The notes under the pieces were generated by a model, which was given only the letters and a program-made list of their open reading frames with translations, did no database searches and was not told the origin of the DNA. From contig OX597814.1 of assembly GCA_951406725.2 (NCBI GenBank), forward strand, positions 94,116,001 through 94,180,000: a DNA stretch of 64,000 nucleotides, given 5' to 3'. Shown here piece by piece: positions 17,152-31,861 of this stretch. The position numbers and the translations under genes are program-made. Position 1 is the stretch's first letter. The number at the start of each line of letters is the position of its first letter. Source of the stretch: Octopus vulgaris (lineage: Eukaryota).

Positions 17152-19105
17152 TTCTGTAATGTTATTCTCTTGTACGTAGTAACTGAAAATCCCACAGATA
17201 TAGTTTTAAGTTTGTTTACACCTTTTTAATCAGTTCCCAAGGTATCAGCTATTTAGCAAATGATTCTGCTTTTAACTCAATATATTCTCCACGCCATAGC
17301 TTTTATCATGTCTATTAATAATTCTTTCCTTACATTTTGATTTTCATTTTATGAGGTGATGCTATTTTCATCTCACTTACTGTTGCTATATCGTTTCGCT
17401 TGCGCTTTCTCTCCTGTTCCGGAAAAGGATCACATTTAAACCTTGTATTTTTTTCCTTGTTTCAACCCCTGATGGTGTCGGTACGACACAGTCTATGACA
17501 TATTTAGTTTAAGACAATTATACCTATTTCATTTATATGTTTTGCATCAGCTTTTAATGGACTGCTTGTTTGTTCGAGTTGAACTCCATAATATTTAATT
17601 AAAACTGAGGACTAAGTTTTACGCTCCAAGGAGTGTAAGTTTAGAATACTTCTTTTTCAAATGGTGAATGAAAATTTAAAAGTGTGTTCGTTTAGGCCCA
17701 ACATTTCTAATGGAAGAGTGAATATAGAAGAGAAATGGCGTGGTATAGTTCGCGTCTGTGGAGAAGGAAAAGTTTTGGTTCGGCCAGTTTGTGAGATGAT
17801 GGTTATAAGTAAATCTTAGGGTAGAGGTTGTACAGTTTGTAACACGTTGTTGGTCATTTGAACTGGGAGACATATGTTGAAAGCATGAAGAGAGGTAAAA
17901 GAAATGAGAATGTAATCTAAAATATGGCTAGAAAGACACGTACATAATAACACTGATGGATATACAAGATAAGAATAGAAAAGAGTGAGGTAAGAGCAAC
18001 AAGCAGAGAAACGGAATTCTTAAGTTATAGTCATTGAAGCAAAGTAATGTAGCAATTACTAAAATTACGATTTCCAGAAATTAGTGATATTCTGTGTGAA
18101 AAAATGGGAATTGAGAGTGGAAATTATGGGTAAATCACACTTTCTTCTCTCTATCTTCTCTCTCTCTCTCTCATGCGCGTGCATACACAGACACGCATCC
18201 ATGCACATCGACATATACATAGACACATAAACTAATACCTACATACACTTATATCCAAATGCACGTACACTGCACACACACACACACACACACATACATA
18301 CACACACATACACACACACAGGATTACAAAAGATAGAAAATAGCGCTCAATACGCTTTGTAACATTTCTTTTTATTTGTATCAACAAGTTGCGCACGACT
18401 TGCATAACTTAAAATTACACATATGTGAGAAATTGCCCTGTTACTTGGCTTTCAGCAACAAATATTGTCATGTATGACTAATTCTCTTTGGCCTGTTCAG
18501 GTCATTTAGTGGAGTTAGTAGCAGTCTGCTATCACATGCTGCTTCTGTACCAGGGTTGATTACACACTGATGAATGATACCCATTAAGACAAGCGACAGA
18601 ATCGGTGGATAACAACTATAACTACTCGGGTAGTTTTGCAGTATTATTTCTTTTCCTGGTTGGAAATCCTAATGTTAAGGATAAGGTGAAAAGGAAACTT
18701 GGTTCATGTCTTCAATTTTTTTTTTAAATTTCGTCTATCATATTTTTAAGTCACTACGTTTATTCATTCATGTTAGCATTACTAGTTTCTCCTATTATAT
18801 CTGCTCTTCAGCATTAGGTTTGGAGTTATCTCCTCTTTATTTTTTGTCATTATATATGTTGGTTGTGTTGTAAAGGGTATTGTAGTGGCAGAATTGTTAG
18901 AGCGTCAGAAGACGCCTGGTGACCTCTCTTGTATTTCTTTACATCCCGTATTCGAATCCCGCCAATGTAAACATTACTTTCACCCTTTGCAGGTCGGTAA
19001 AATTAAAGAACCAACCAAGCACTAGTGACGATGGTATCGACTAACACTTCTCTCTCCAAAATTGATGGCTTTGTGCCTAAATCAGAAACCAATATCTTCT
19101 GGTGT

Positions 19106-19191
<86 letters not shown>

Positions 19192-21149
19192 GTGTGTGTG
19201 TGCGTGTGTGTGATCCGCATTCACGTTGTGTTCTGTTGCATTGCAGGCCTTGACATATTTAATATAATTCCTGTTTTTAGTTCGTTATTTGTTTCTTTGT
19301 TTTCTTAATGTCTCTTTTTATGCTTGGGTGTTTTATTTTCATTCATTTGTGGGCGTATAAATGCGATAAAAATATTTTGATGAAAACTAATACTGTATCT
19401 TTGTTTAAGTTGACAATGCTTTGACAAACTTCTAAAAAATTATTACAGATAATAAAATTTTGCAAATCACTCCAAACTTGACTCTGGAGCACGTGGTGTA
19501 TTTTAAAACAATACTGAGGTTAAAAGCGATGCTTTTGAAAATTAAATATTTTTACTAATAGTATTATTTTCCATTTCAATTACCAACACAGGATTATTCG
19601 GCGGTTGTAGAATTTAGATTCTACATTATAGCTGCCTCACTTTGTTGTGGAAGTTGTTTTGATGTTTCTAGTTTTAATTTAATGTTACGTATGTCGTGTA
19701 AGGAATGTAAAATATGTTGCTGCGTAATATTTTTTTGTATGGTGTTTCGTATACAATGTGTGAATTGTGCTGTGTTTTAGTATTAGACGTTAACTATATA
19801 GAGTACATTTTACGTTCTGAGTTCAAATCCAACAGAGATAAACTCACTCTTTTTATCCTTTCCGGGTCGATACAATGAGAATTAACTGATCATTAGGGTA
19901 GACGTAATTAATAAGCGTCTTCCACTGGTCTTGGATTCGAATTTATTATTATAAAGGCTTTGGTCGGTTATAAAGGCTTTGGTCGGTCCGAGGCTAACAG
20001 AATTGTTGCTATGGCGGACTAAAATAAATAGGAGCATTTTTTCCGACTTTATGATCTAAATTCAGATACCTACGAGATCAGCTTTTTTTTTCTTTCTGCA
20101 TTTCTTTCAGGGTCGATAAAATAAAGCACTAGTCAAATACTCGAATCTAAATAATACTAAACTCCCTTCCCTCAAATTTGCTGGCCTTGTAGAATAATTT
20201 GAAACTACTAGGCGGTGTGCTGGAAGAATTCTTTGCGCGTCGGACTAAATGTTTACCAGTATTTCTTCGTGCTCTTTTTACACTCGTTTCAAATCCTACC
20301 GAAGCCTATTTTGCCTTTCATCATTTCGGAGTGCATAAGTACTGGGCTAGAGGTAATCGACAAATTCTATTCCACTCAAAATTATTGGGTGTGTATCTAA
20401 ATTAGAAGCCATTGTTGTTGATTTTTTTTTTTGTGATGGGTGTCGTTGGGTAACCTGTTACTGATATTCGTCTTGCTATGTGAATTTTACATTTACAGGA
20501 ATAAATCAACGTATATTAGTGGTATTTATGATAGCATGCTGATATGCATGTAATCCAATCTCTCCATAAATATCAATCTGAGAGATGAAATCAAACAATG
20601 TAAAAACCAAGAAAAAAAAATAAACAAAGAAAAAAATATAAGCTAGCAATCTAGTTCATCTCGCTTCTCATCAGTATTCATTCTTACACACGCACACACT
20701 CACACACACACATACACACACACACACACAAGCACACACGCACACATATGTGTACATATATCTGTATATATGTGTATGTACAAAACAAATTCACATCCTA
20801 GAAATGTAGACAACTCTACATAGAGAATAAAATGAAATGGTTATGAAATTTCGTCATTACTCTTATTACTATGTGCAACGGTTCGCAAACATTGGTCACA
20901 ACGGAAATGCAGGTACATATTTTTTCTCCAGTAATATTAATTTTGCAGTGCGCATTATATTATTATTTTCCGAGAGAAAAAAATAGAATATTGATTCTAG
21001 AATTACTTTTATATAGTAGAGACGAAAATACGTTATTGCGTCATACTCACATATTATATATAAAGCTAGCTATATGGTATGTACTAAAATACATTGAATA
21101 ACAAACTGAGATTGACACTTAGGATATAAGTAACCGTCTCCCTTACATA

Positions 21150-22765
21150 CCGTGTTTTCCCGAAAACAAGACTCGGTCTTATATTGATTTTGCATTCAAA
21201 TAACGTAGTAGGGATTATATTTTTATGGAAAAAATCCAAGAAAAATAAAAAAGAGTCTCATGTCCTCGTGTAAAAAGAAAAAGAAATCCACGTTTCTAGT
21301 TTCCAAAAGTTTATTCATTTGCTTATTATTTTTTGTCAAGTACAAACATTTCGTCCTCTTCTGGAACATAAACCACCAAACTCCCAACTTCAGACTGAAT
21401 TTCTTGCAAATCCTTTTCCTGTAGAATCATGGACCCCAATTTCTCGTGTTTGGCAACTTAACTTTCCTTAAATGAACAGTATTGTGTCTACGTACCCAGC
21501 TCGCAGTGCATTGGCAACGCAACTGTTGGTAATTTTATCCCATGAATTCTTCACCCAATTCACGACTTCTTGGAGGTTTGGTTTGAGAAATTTTCTTCGC
21601 TGATTTCTCTCCATTCTGTGTTCGATATATTCATTCACTTCCATCCAAAACTAATCGTTGAGGGGCTTGTTCATTACGAGATCTAATGTTTGTAGATATG
21701 AAGTCATTCCCGAGGGAAACGTTATGTGGTCAATTCTTCTTTCAGAAAGGAAGGTTTTTATATCTTTTGCGCGATGAGTACTGGCCGAATCCCAGACTAA
21801 AAGACCACTTTCAGAACCACGTAAAACAAGTGGCATAGTTAAATCAAACCATTTTCTTCTTATAGCCTGTGGGCACCAAGCCTTTTCCGTTGCAAGGACA
21901 TAAATAACTCGTTCTCTTTTCGCTTGTTGTGATGATAAGCGGTGGGACTTTTGTTCCATTAAGATAAATTGCTAAAATACAAGTAACTCTTGCACTTTCG
22001 TAACCCGTTGACGCAACATAGATTGACGAGGTACCTGTCTGTTCAATTGCCGATTTAGATACATGGCCCATAAACACTGCAGTCTTAACCATAGCAATTG
22101 TATTGGAGATATTGTACTTAGAAAAGTAGATGCCATCAACGAGGGGCTTGAACGCAACTGCAGGTTGAATCACTTCAGCATCCTCCACTTTGAACAGTGT
22201 TCATCTTAGAGAGAGCTCATATCGCTGAAGGAAGTTATCCAACCAATTAGATGATGCTTTGACTGTATCTGGGGGTATATCCAGTTGTGTTACCATTGCA
22301 AGAGAAAATTCTTGAATATCAGCCCTGTGTACCACCAAAGCCTTTGTTCTTCAGTCAGCAATCCATCCCAAGGTGATATCTTCCAGCTCTAAAAATAACG
22401 GTTGTCGACCTGATCCCCACTTGCGCTTCTTAGCACTTCCCTCATCCACCTGTCTGCTAAGATTATCGTAGTGTGCTCGGTATTTTCGAACCATTCGGTG
22501 ATCCAAAATCTCCTTAGGGAAATCCGGGAGATTCTTGTTATCTGGCTTTTCCACAATTCCTTTTTTGTACGCCACGGAAAAACGCTTTCTTTTGCACGCA
22601 TCTTCCTCGGCGGACAAGTGACTCAAGCCAAGGGAGTCACGTCTGTGCACATGCGTTTAGTGCACACTTTAGACAAGCTGGGGTAGTTGGTCTATTTTAC
22701 AAGCATCACATGCTCTTGCTAATAAGGTCTTATTTTCACTAGGTCTTATTTTCGGGGAAACATGG
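21150..22765 (-). mobile_element. pogo/Tc1-mariner DNA transposon (POGK-like), full TIR-to-TIR, decayed transposase
   Basis: TIRs ccgtgttttcccgaaaacaagac (21150-21172) and gtcttattttcggggaaacatgg (22743-22765), with TA on both sides. Transposase motifs KRKRFSVAYK, GSGRQP, ASSNWLDNFLQR (CENP-B HTH), STGYES.RVTCIL, LLVWDSASTH, GMTSYLQTLDLVMNKP. Confidence 0.92.
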
Positions 22766-22771
22766 TATATA

Positions 22772-22817
<46 letters not shown>

Positions 22818-22821
<4 letters not shown>

Positions 22822-23108
22822 AAATTTCTAAGCGAGGTATAAACAGTAGCTGCACGACATCTTGAAGCATATTTGCCACCTAAATGTCGTTAACCCTTAA
22901 GTGTTGATGCTACTGTTGATTGTAGCCCAGGAAGACATCTCCTCCAGCTGGCTATTGACACACTTTCTGTGCCATATCAGTAGCCACATTTAGGTGACAA
23001 ATATACTTCACAATGTCGTGCAGCTACTTTTTATACCACGCTCAGAGATTTATTATTGCTGGTTTCCACATTTTTGAGATCAGTGACTTTTTGTCACTGG
23101 AAAAATTA
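22818..23108. repeat. Fold-back element (~70-bp inverted arms) in (TA)n
   Basis: 22818-22887 vs 22986-23055 are reverse complements with several mismatches. Confidence 0.85.
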
Positions 23109-23412
23109 TATATATATTTGGATTGAGAACCACATTCAATCGCCAACCGGTGGTTTTGAATTTTTCCTTGGATCTACGTTGAATTTTTTTGCTGCAAGCT
23201 AACTGTTGTATGAGTTCGTTTCTGTCTGTCCTTTTTGTTCTCGTGTTACACGTTTAATTAATTTTTGAACTGTTGTCTTGTTGACAGACGGTAATTTTCG
23301 CTCTACGGGGCAGAAAATTTCTGTTTTTTGTGCGAACTGTTAACCTTTACAGGTTATTTTTGAAAAATTCCTTTTTTCTTGTCATTTGTGACAAGTTTCT
23401 CTTATTTTTGCA

Positions 23413-24740
23413 ATGGAATTTGACTTAACGTCAAAAACAGATTTTCCCGAGATGGGAGAAGGTAAAAGCGTCGACAAACAAAAGGTCACCAAGGCTAAAC
23501 AAAGGACGCCGTAGGCGGTAATATTGTAGAACTGGAAGTGGCAATGGACAAGCTATTCCCTTTCAGAAATCTGGTGAAGAAACAAAATTGATACCACCCT
23601 CTTAAACCACGCAAGCCATTCATGAAAAGACAGTAATTTACTAAGTCTATAATATAAAAGAAAAAAAAAAACATAGCGGACGTAAAAAATGAAATAGTTG
23701 AACGGTGCCTGGCACCAGTATGGAATTATATTCGCTACGTTAGCCGAGGAGTGAGAAGCGCTACGATAGAAGCTCATTTCGAGTCGGCTAGCGTAGCGAA
23801 AGAAATTTCAACACAAACGTTGAAGAGCGAACAAATCATGCTACTGCCCACTCACTGAGGACGCAGAACGGCAAAGGTGACTGTCGAAGATACACCCGTG
23901 GGTTATGAAGTTATGTGGGTGGTAGCAGCAGTTATTTTCAACGTGGAGGAAAAATTATCAATATTGAGCATGAGGAAGAAAGAGGCTACAAATTGGAAGG
24001 GCCAAGGACTTGTATTCGACGCTGAAAAGTTTGCCAGATAGAGTCTTCGTGGGGGAGGGACATACTATACGTGTATCGGTTGAGGGACGTAGGCCCAGGT
24101 GTTTAAAGTGCGGACAGAAGGGCAACGTTCGCACCGAATGCACAAAACACCGTGAAAAACACAGAGAACAGCAAGCCAGACAACACAGCAACAACAAAAA
24201 AAAACACGAAAACAAAAACAAACTGAAAATCAAAATGAAGAAAAGAAACAGAATGAAAAACAAAACGAAAAAGAAAAGGAGGAAAAAAGGCAAACAAAGG
24301 AGAAAGAACCAGAAGAAATGAAGTACGTGACCGTGACAAACAAAAGAAAAAAATTTAACACACCGGTTTTCCCACCCCAAACAAAAAAGAAAATAATTCA
24401 GACGAACAACAAAAAAATTCTCCAATCCCACCTAGCTGGTACTACATTTGTAGGACAGCTTTTCAATAAACACCACCCCACCATGCTAACATGTTTTTAA
24501 AAAACTGACAAAATTGTTTCTTTTAATGTGAGAAATGAAAAGGTGCATTATTAAAGCAAGCAATCGTACAATTTTTTTTTTAAATGACAGACAAAGAGTT
24601 TGACAATCGTTATGCCAAAGTCGGAGAGGAGGAGTGGCAAGGAAAACTCCTCCAAGAACATGTTGCAAACAACCTAGTTAAGGATGTGACCCAGGAGGTG
24701 ATAGCTGGGAAGCTGATTATCAGCCCAACAGCCAGACCTA
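23413..24740 (+). pseudogene. Decayed ORF1 (gag-like, zinc knuckle) of L1/Tx1-type retrotransposon
   Basis: TIRVSVEGRRPRCLKCGQKGNVRTEC (CX2CX4[H>N]X4C) followed by a K/E-rich region; frame broken by stops. Confidence 0.6.
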
Positions 24741-24751
24741 TATATATGTAC

Positions 24752-24825
<74 letters not shown>

Positions 24826-24854
24826 ATAGATATGTATGTAAGTATATACATATA

Positions 24855-25040
24855 TATTTTTTTTTTCTCTCCTTGTTTCTCTCCGTGTTTCTTTTCTGTG
24901 TATCTTTCTGTTGAAGAGCGTAGGCTCGAAACGTAAAATACTTGTTTTATTTATATTCCTGAGCGCCATACTAATACAATTGTTTGTTTGTATTCCACCT
25001 GCCTTCGTCTTTTGTTTATTTTCATAAATCTTCCCGTTAT
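24855..25040 (+). mobile_element. Penelope-like terminal-repeat remnant with hammerhead-like motif
   Basis: tcttt-CTGTTGA-a-gagc(gtag)gctc-GAAAC-GTA-aaa at 24903-24940. Similar to the 3' end of the Penelope element at 36390-36560; embedded in (TA)n. Confidence 0.55.
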
Positions 25041-25257
25041 ATACATATATATATATATATATGCATATGTATATATATGTATATGTATGTATGCATATAT
25101 ATATATGGATGTATATATATGCATTTATATATATATGTATGTATATATACATATATATGTATATATGTGTGTGTATTTATGTATATATATATATATGTGT
25201 ATATAGGTATGTATATATCTACTTACCTATCTGTTTACATACATATCCATTTACCTA

Positions 25258-25309
<52 letters not shown>

Positions 25310-25780
25310 CATATGTATGTATATATATTTGCCTACATAAAAGTCTTCTAACAAACGTACCTTTGTATGTGTACACAGTGTGTATTGGGTATCACGTCCT
25401 TCTATACGTATCTCCTATTTAAGACGTTGCATCTATGTGGACGTATTCCTGTATTTGTCTGAGTTATAGTTATAGTTGAAGACCAAATGTAAAACTTAAA
25501 ATTCGATGTTATACACAACTTATGTAATTTTCAGAAAAAAAAGAAACAGTAAGGTTTCGAAATAACGAAAGGTCTCCATACGGTGAAAACTTTTATTGCA
25601 TTGATATAAGTCATTCACTCATTCAGTCTTTTAGGCAATATACACCGTAGGATATCTTTCAATTTATACGATAAACCTTATAAATCTTAAAGTTCAATAT
25701 TCCCGTGACATAAGTTAGAGATATTGACATGATTTACTCAAATAATAGTTCGTGGAATGGACCTAACAAAATTAGCTAGA

Positions 25781-26122
25781 ATACACTCGATATTTCGTAT
25801 TTAAATCCGGTGTAGCTATTTCTATTTGGATAGGGATTAGAAAGCGTTATATCTTGATAAACTTCCAATATATATTTTGGATATTTTTGGAACAACTTGC
25901 CTTATTAACACTTGATATTTCACATTCAAATCCGATGTGAGTATTTATTCCTGGATATGAATTGGAAAATATTATATGCTGATAACTTACATTACCTATT
26001 TTTAATATTCTTGGAGAAACTCGACTTATTAATACTGGATATTTCTATTTTAAATAAGATGTGAATAATTATACTTGGATAGAGATTAAAACATATCGTA
26101 TGCTGATAACTAACATTACATA
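25781..26122. repeat. Diverged tandem repeat, ~124-125 bp period, ~2.7 copies
   Basis: gatatttc...aaat..g.tgt recurs at 25789, 25914 and 26038, with matching tggata..gatt..aa and gataa blocks. Confidence 0.8.
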
Positions 26123-26529
26123 CTAGCCAGCAAAGGGGGAGCACGCCTTCCCTCCCAGAGGTGGGGCTGCAGCCCTCTTCTATACCCTTCCCTATACTCT
26201 TCTCAGTTATATCCTCGGATAAATGGAAGGGGGTTGAAAAACCTCTCCCCTACTCTTCTAACCTCCCCCACTTCCACCCCCTTAACCCTTCTATTATTTA
26301 CCCTCCATAAGGTTCTAAAGTCATACATGTACACATTAGACATTGGAAAGGGTTAGAGACAATGTCATGCACCCTACACGAGCCAAGCTAACTTAATTGC
26401 TCTTGCAAAAGTGAGGGTGGCACCTTCTCTCTTTTTCAATATTAGAGGAGAGAATATGTTGTTACCAAAAACGTTAAAACTGTACTAACTTGATCGATCT
26501 GTTACTGAAACAGGATTTTAACATCCTTT

Positions 26530-27271
26530 GATACACACTTTGCTATCATTTATATGGAGAATTGCAGCAGGAACATAAGCCACCCTGTGGTGAGATGGTA
26601 CCAACTATCAATAATCTTAAAATGCATGTTTCCAAACATTGCACAAAACTTCAGCAGCAGTCAATGGCTAAGTGAGCGAGACATCTTAGCTCCACGTAAT
26701 GATGCTGTCGACAAAATCAATTGGGATCTCATGCAGCCATTGCCAGGACAAGAACACTCTTTCAAATACATCGACACTCATTGATCAGGACCAAGCTGTA
26801 GTTTTCACAACTGAGCTCCTGAACTCTCTACAGCCATCTGGGATGTCACCTCACAACTTAACATTTAAAAGGGGGTCCCCATCATGCTGCTCAGGAATGT
26901 GAATCCACCTTGCCTATGCAATGTCACCAGACTGGTGGTGAAAGCGACGCAACCCCATGTCCTAGAGGCAGAAAATATCACTGGGAAATATAAGGGGGAA
27001 GACGACTTTATTCCACGGATGTCGTTAATCGCATCTGACCCCATCCCTTTGAATTTAAACGACTCCAGTTCCCAGTGAAACTAACTTTTGCTATGTCAAT
27101 AAAAATCCCAAGGACAATCTCTTAAGGTTGTTGGGCTTAACCTTGCATCTCCTATGGACAATAATATGTAGGATGTCCGAGATTTGGAAGTCCCAAAACT
27201 TTTTTCTTTATTTGTACTCCAAATAAAGGACACACAGAAAACATTGTATATTTAGAAATTCTACATGATTA
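26530..27271 (+). mobile_element. Helitron RepHel C-terminal PIF1-like helicase remnant
   Basis: WLSERDILAPRNDAVDKIN, ELLNSLQPSGMSPHNL, MLLRNVNPPCLCNVTRLVV, FIPRM, FKRLQFPVKL.FAMSI.KSQGQSLKVVGL; frameshifted. Confidence 0.9.
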
Positions 27272-28400
27272 AAATGTGATTGATTTCATGGTTTGTTTTA
27301 ATAATTTTGTTTATACTCACTTAGAATTTATACTTAGAATTTTTCTGAAAATATATTTTTAATCAGAATAAATATATTTACTTCTTTTAACACTTATATT
27401 ATTAAGGCACATTCCTCCGCAAATACTTAGTCCGTAAAATTATCATAAGAAGATACCAAGTTAGCTTTACAACCAACGAATATTTTTTTCGTTTATATAT
27501 AGTTTTGAGTTCAAACTCTCCTGCATCTGGATACTTAAGAAAAACGCATGTTATCTAGCTAACGACTTAATAGATTACGTCAATTTACCAAGCCAGTCAG
27601 GAAGCATATAAGCTTTTTCCGTCTCGATATAAGCTTCCATTAAATTAGATCCTACCGTCTTAAAAACAGTACAGAGTACAATATTGTCTGAGCATCCCAT
27701 TTTGTAATCATGATTGATTGAATGACTGACCTGCCCTTTCAGAGGTTACTCGGGTAAAACAGCATGAATAAAAACATAAGAAGCAGTCATAACAACATCT
27801 ACGTCATCGTCACCTCAAGCTTTCAAAGATTTTGAGATTCTTTTGTTTTAAATTATTATGTGCACACGGTTATGCAATGCTTTGTATGTGAATGCATGTG
27901 TGTGTATGTGTGTATGTATGTATGTATGTATGTATGTATGTATGTATGTATGTATGTATGTATGTATGTGTGTATGTATATATGTATGTATGTATGTATG
28001 TATATATGTATGTATTTTATGCATGCATGTATGTATGTATGTATGTGTGTGTGCTTGTGTACCTCTGTGTGTATGTTGTACATCGGAAGGACGTTGTCTG
28101 TTTGATGTCTGTAAAATAAAAATATCATTCTTTTTATTCGTCCTTTGTTTACCCAAGTTTTCCAATGAATTTCAAAATAGGATTTTGTTTGTAACTTCAA
28201 TAGATTTTTTATAATCATTTGACATAATAGCTTGTCACTTTCAACATTCCTGGTTTCTCATGACGTATAAAAGCTGTATAACATTGCACCACTGTTCTTC
28301 CAGATATTGATTTTATAATTTATTCACTCCATTCTATAACAGCTTTTTCTCTCACAACACCATCCCCTTCTCTCTCTCTTTCTCCCTCCTTCTTTTCCTC

Positions 28401-28443
<43 letters not shown>

Positions 28444-28834
28444 ATCACATACTCTTTCATTTTCTTTCCTCGTATTTAAATGTTCTATCTTTTTTTTAAA
28501 ATCCTTGACATCGGTATTTTGTTGAAAGGAAGGAACTGCAATAAAATCTACAGCAACAAAAAATATTCCTTAAATATTTTTTGTCCATTTTATTCTTTTT
28601 GATTTCATTCATAATTACACTTCTATAGGTAAAATATAAAAAAAATGTTTACACTCTTCAATATTGTTCAGATAATACTGAGCGGCATTTCTTCATGTAA
28701 TATTTTATGCACATATTTATGAGAATCGTTGCCCGTACTTTGAATCATGATCGATTTCAGCTCATTAGAACCAGTAAAAATATTATTCGACAATTTTAAA
28801 TAAACATTACTACTAAACGCAGATTGATCGTGGT

Positions 28835-28967
28835 TTGTTTACCAACCACATGGTTCCGGGTCCAGTCCCACTGCGTGGCACCTTGGGCAAGTGTCTTCTA
28901 CTATAGCCTCGGACCGACCAAAGCCTTGTGAGTGGATCTGGTAGACGGAAACTGAAAGAAGCCCGTC

Positions 28968-29009
<42 letters not shown>

Positions 29010-29235
29010 GCGTGTATGTTTTTGTGTCTGTGTTTGTCCCCCTAGCATTGCTTGACAACCGATGCTGGTGTGTTTATGTCCCCGTCACTTAGCGCTTCGG
29101 CAAAATAGACTGATAGAATAAGTACTGGGCTTACAAAGAATAAGTTCCGGGGTCGAGTTGCTCGATTAAAGGCGGTGCTCCAGCATGGCCGCAGTCAAAA
29201 TGACTGAAACAAGTAAAAAGAAAAAAAAAGAAAAG
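28835..29235 (+). mobile_element. tRNA-derived SINE (same family as 11222) with A-rich tail
   Basis: High similarity to 11222-11600. Confidence 0.85.
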
Positions 29236-29489
29236 AAAATACGTGGTTGCTCGATTTACTAGAAATAGCAATCAAGTCTCCACCAACTCTTTACAAAAGA
29301 AGTAAATTGGTTGGTATGATTTTGGATATATTGTATCTAAGAAAAAGGAATGATATCATTGCGCTTGTAACTGTTGATTACCGATCCCTTAGATTGGAGT
29401 TGAATGTATTGGTCCGTAAATACATATAACACAAGCATTACAAGTTTGTTTACTTGTTGCTTTATGTATTCATACAATGTATCTCATCC

Positions 29490-29720
29490 TTGTTGAGTCA
29501 TGCCGACTCCTAAGGGTTTCCCGGTTTCATAGCGTATAAATTCCCCACCTGGATGAGACACCAGTCCATTGCAGGATTACTCATTTTTGCCAGCTGAGTG
29601 GAGTGGAGCAATGTGAAATGTTTTGCTCAAGAACACAACACGTCGCCCGGTCCAAGAATAGAAACCACAATCTTACAATCATAATCACAGCACCCTATCC
29701 GCTAAACCACGCACCCCCAC
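29490..29720 (-). mobile_element. Probable SINE (tRNA-like head on minus strand)
   Basis: Minus strand ggggtgcgtggtttagcggatagggtg...gtggtttctattcttggacc...gtgttcttgagcaaaaca, resembling the head of the 14765/51295 family. Confidence 0.55.
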
Positions 29721-31781
29721 ACCAATAGTATATGACTAATAAAGTTTATTCATCGAGCCAGTTAAATGATGGCAGTACAAGCATTGGAAAGAGCGGTATG
29801 AAATTTCATTCTGGCTTTCTTTATGTAGTGGATTCAAAAAGAGATAGAGGTTCATGGCGAGAAGGAAAAATGACTACGTTGTTTAAATGGAATATTATTT
29901 GTCAAGCAACTAGATATTAAAATAAAGATTCCCTTCAGTAGGATTTGAATTATGAATGTAGGGAAACAGACAAATTCCGAAGGTTACACTATCGAATGAT
30001 CAAACGGCTCTGCGAACTTATCACCTTGCTAATAGATGTTCCTAATTTAAGCAGAAGCCCATAGTTTCGAGGGAAATGGTCCCGAGTTCTTAAGCAAGTA
30101 CTTTATTTTATCGATCCCGAAAAGATGTAAAATAAAGTTGATGTCGGTTGGACTAAAACTCAGAATGTAGCAAGCCGAAAGAGATAACTGCAAATATTTT
30201 TTCCGATGCTCTAATGATTCTGCCTGTTCACCACCTTTAAAAATGTGTTGCCTGAAAGTAGAGCGCGTTAATTATTTGCGCCACCGGGCATGCTTCCACC
30301 TACAATTATCGTTGATTTATTAGAATTGTTAACATCGCCTAACAAACCAATCAAAATGGTATAATTGCACTGGCGACGATGTTAAAGACTAAACGGTATT
30401 CAGTATTTATTTTCATCTTCTATTCTCTAGGTTTAGATTTCACTGAAGTCAAAATAATCGCTGAGATTTCATGAATCAGTAAAATCGATATTAGGCGTCT
30501 TCCCTATGAACCTGTAATTCTGAGATGAAGTAAGAAATCAATGTAAATGTATTTAATCTCCTGCCAATGAATAAGGTCAAAACTGCCGTGTTTGGAATAT
30601 AAAGTATTTGCGATATGATGACATTGTCACGAATTGTAAACAATACAGATAAAGAATTGTGCTCTCAATATCAAACCATTTCAGACAACGCCCTCAATGA
30701 AAATTATGAAACAAATGTATTTTACTACATCAAATAGTCAACTGAGGCAACGCCCTTTAAGATGATTATAATAACTAGCTGGACCCATGAAAAATTCACG
30801 AAAAACGAAAAATGTAAATATCTATAAACGGTGTACTTGTGCCATGAGAGATGTTTGTATATTATGATCGTCTGTCTTTACGTTCTGAGTTCAAATTCTG
30901 CCGAGATCGACTTTGCCCTTTGTCCCTCGGGGCCGATAAATTAAGTACCAGTTGTGTACTGGGGTCGATCTAATCAACTAGCCCCTTCCCTACAAAAATT
31001 TCAGGCGTAGAAAAGTATATTGCGACAGTTACAGAATATAGAAAGTAATGTAACACCAATGACTATATATAATCCAACCAAAATATCTTTGTTACACAAA
31101 CGGAAACGGAATTACTATTTAACCTTAAAATACATCGTACATATTCAAAGAAACTTAATGTACAAATTGAAATGCAAAAGAACAAAATAATAAATGGATT
31201 TATGAATGAAAGTTTGGTAATTGTCTTTTATTTCCACCACCCGATACTTGCAAACATATTTTAAGTAACCTAAACTATACACACTCAGAAATACATTCAT
31301 ATATATATGTTACGATTGATAGCTGTAATTCAAAGGGGCCAGCCTTTTCATATTCTGTGTGAGGCTGAATCTCCCTGAGAACTACGTTAATGTTATGCAT
31401 GTCTGTGGAGTACTCAGCCATTTATGAGTTAATTTTATCCTCATGTAGTAATGAAAAGTGTGTATGTATCTATGTATGAACTTTTCATTGGATTTATGTA
31501 TGTATTGTGTCTCTCAATTTCTCTCTTTCTCTTTCACTTCACAATTACCTGCTCATCGAATTAGCGAATAAGAGACTGAGAATTCCAGACACATGTATAT
31601 TCCTGTTACTTACTAGATGAAGCAACACATACTTTTTAATTACTGCTACAGACCGTCCGAGGCACTGTATTATTCAAGTAGAATTTGTTTATCGTAGTGA
31701 ATATTCAAATAGGGCAGGAAATGCTTCATCCCCAATAGAAAACGTTTTGACTTCATGGTATCGATAAATATATATATATGC

Positions 31782-31861
<80 letters not shown>

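Noticed and set aside
18490-18570. Possible further aquaporin exon after ctgttcag
   Set aside because: No frame gives MIP motifs and all stop quickly; the same holds for candidates near 2581, 19590 and 37567.
19948-19987. 19-bp tandem duplication ttataaaggctttggtcgg; also (ccgaggaaaaaa)x3 at 48772-48807
   Set aside because: Ordinary slippage duplications within repeat remnants.
22950-22985. Possible hammerhead in the loop of the 22818 fold-back (minus: ggcta-CTGATAT...GAAA...tagcc)
   Set aside because: The core lacks GA after CUGAN and there is no stem III; it folds as a simple hairpin.
25781-26122. LRR-coding repeat (LDIS) or CRISPR-like array
   Set aside because: Period is not consistently a multiple of 3, stops are frequent, and whole units are similar with no unique spacers.
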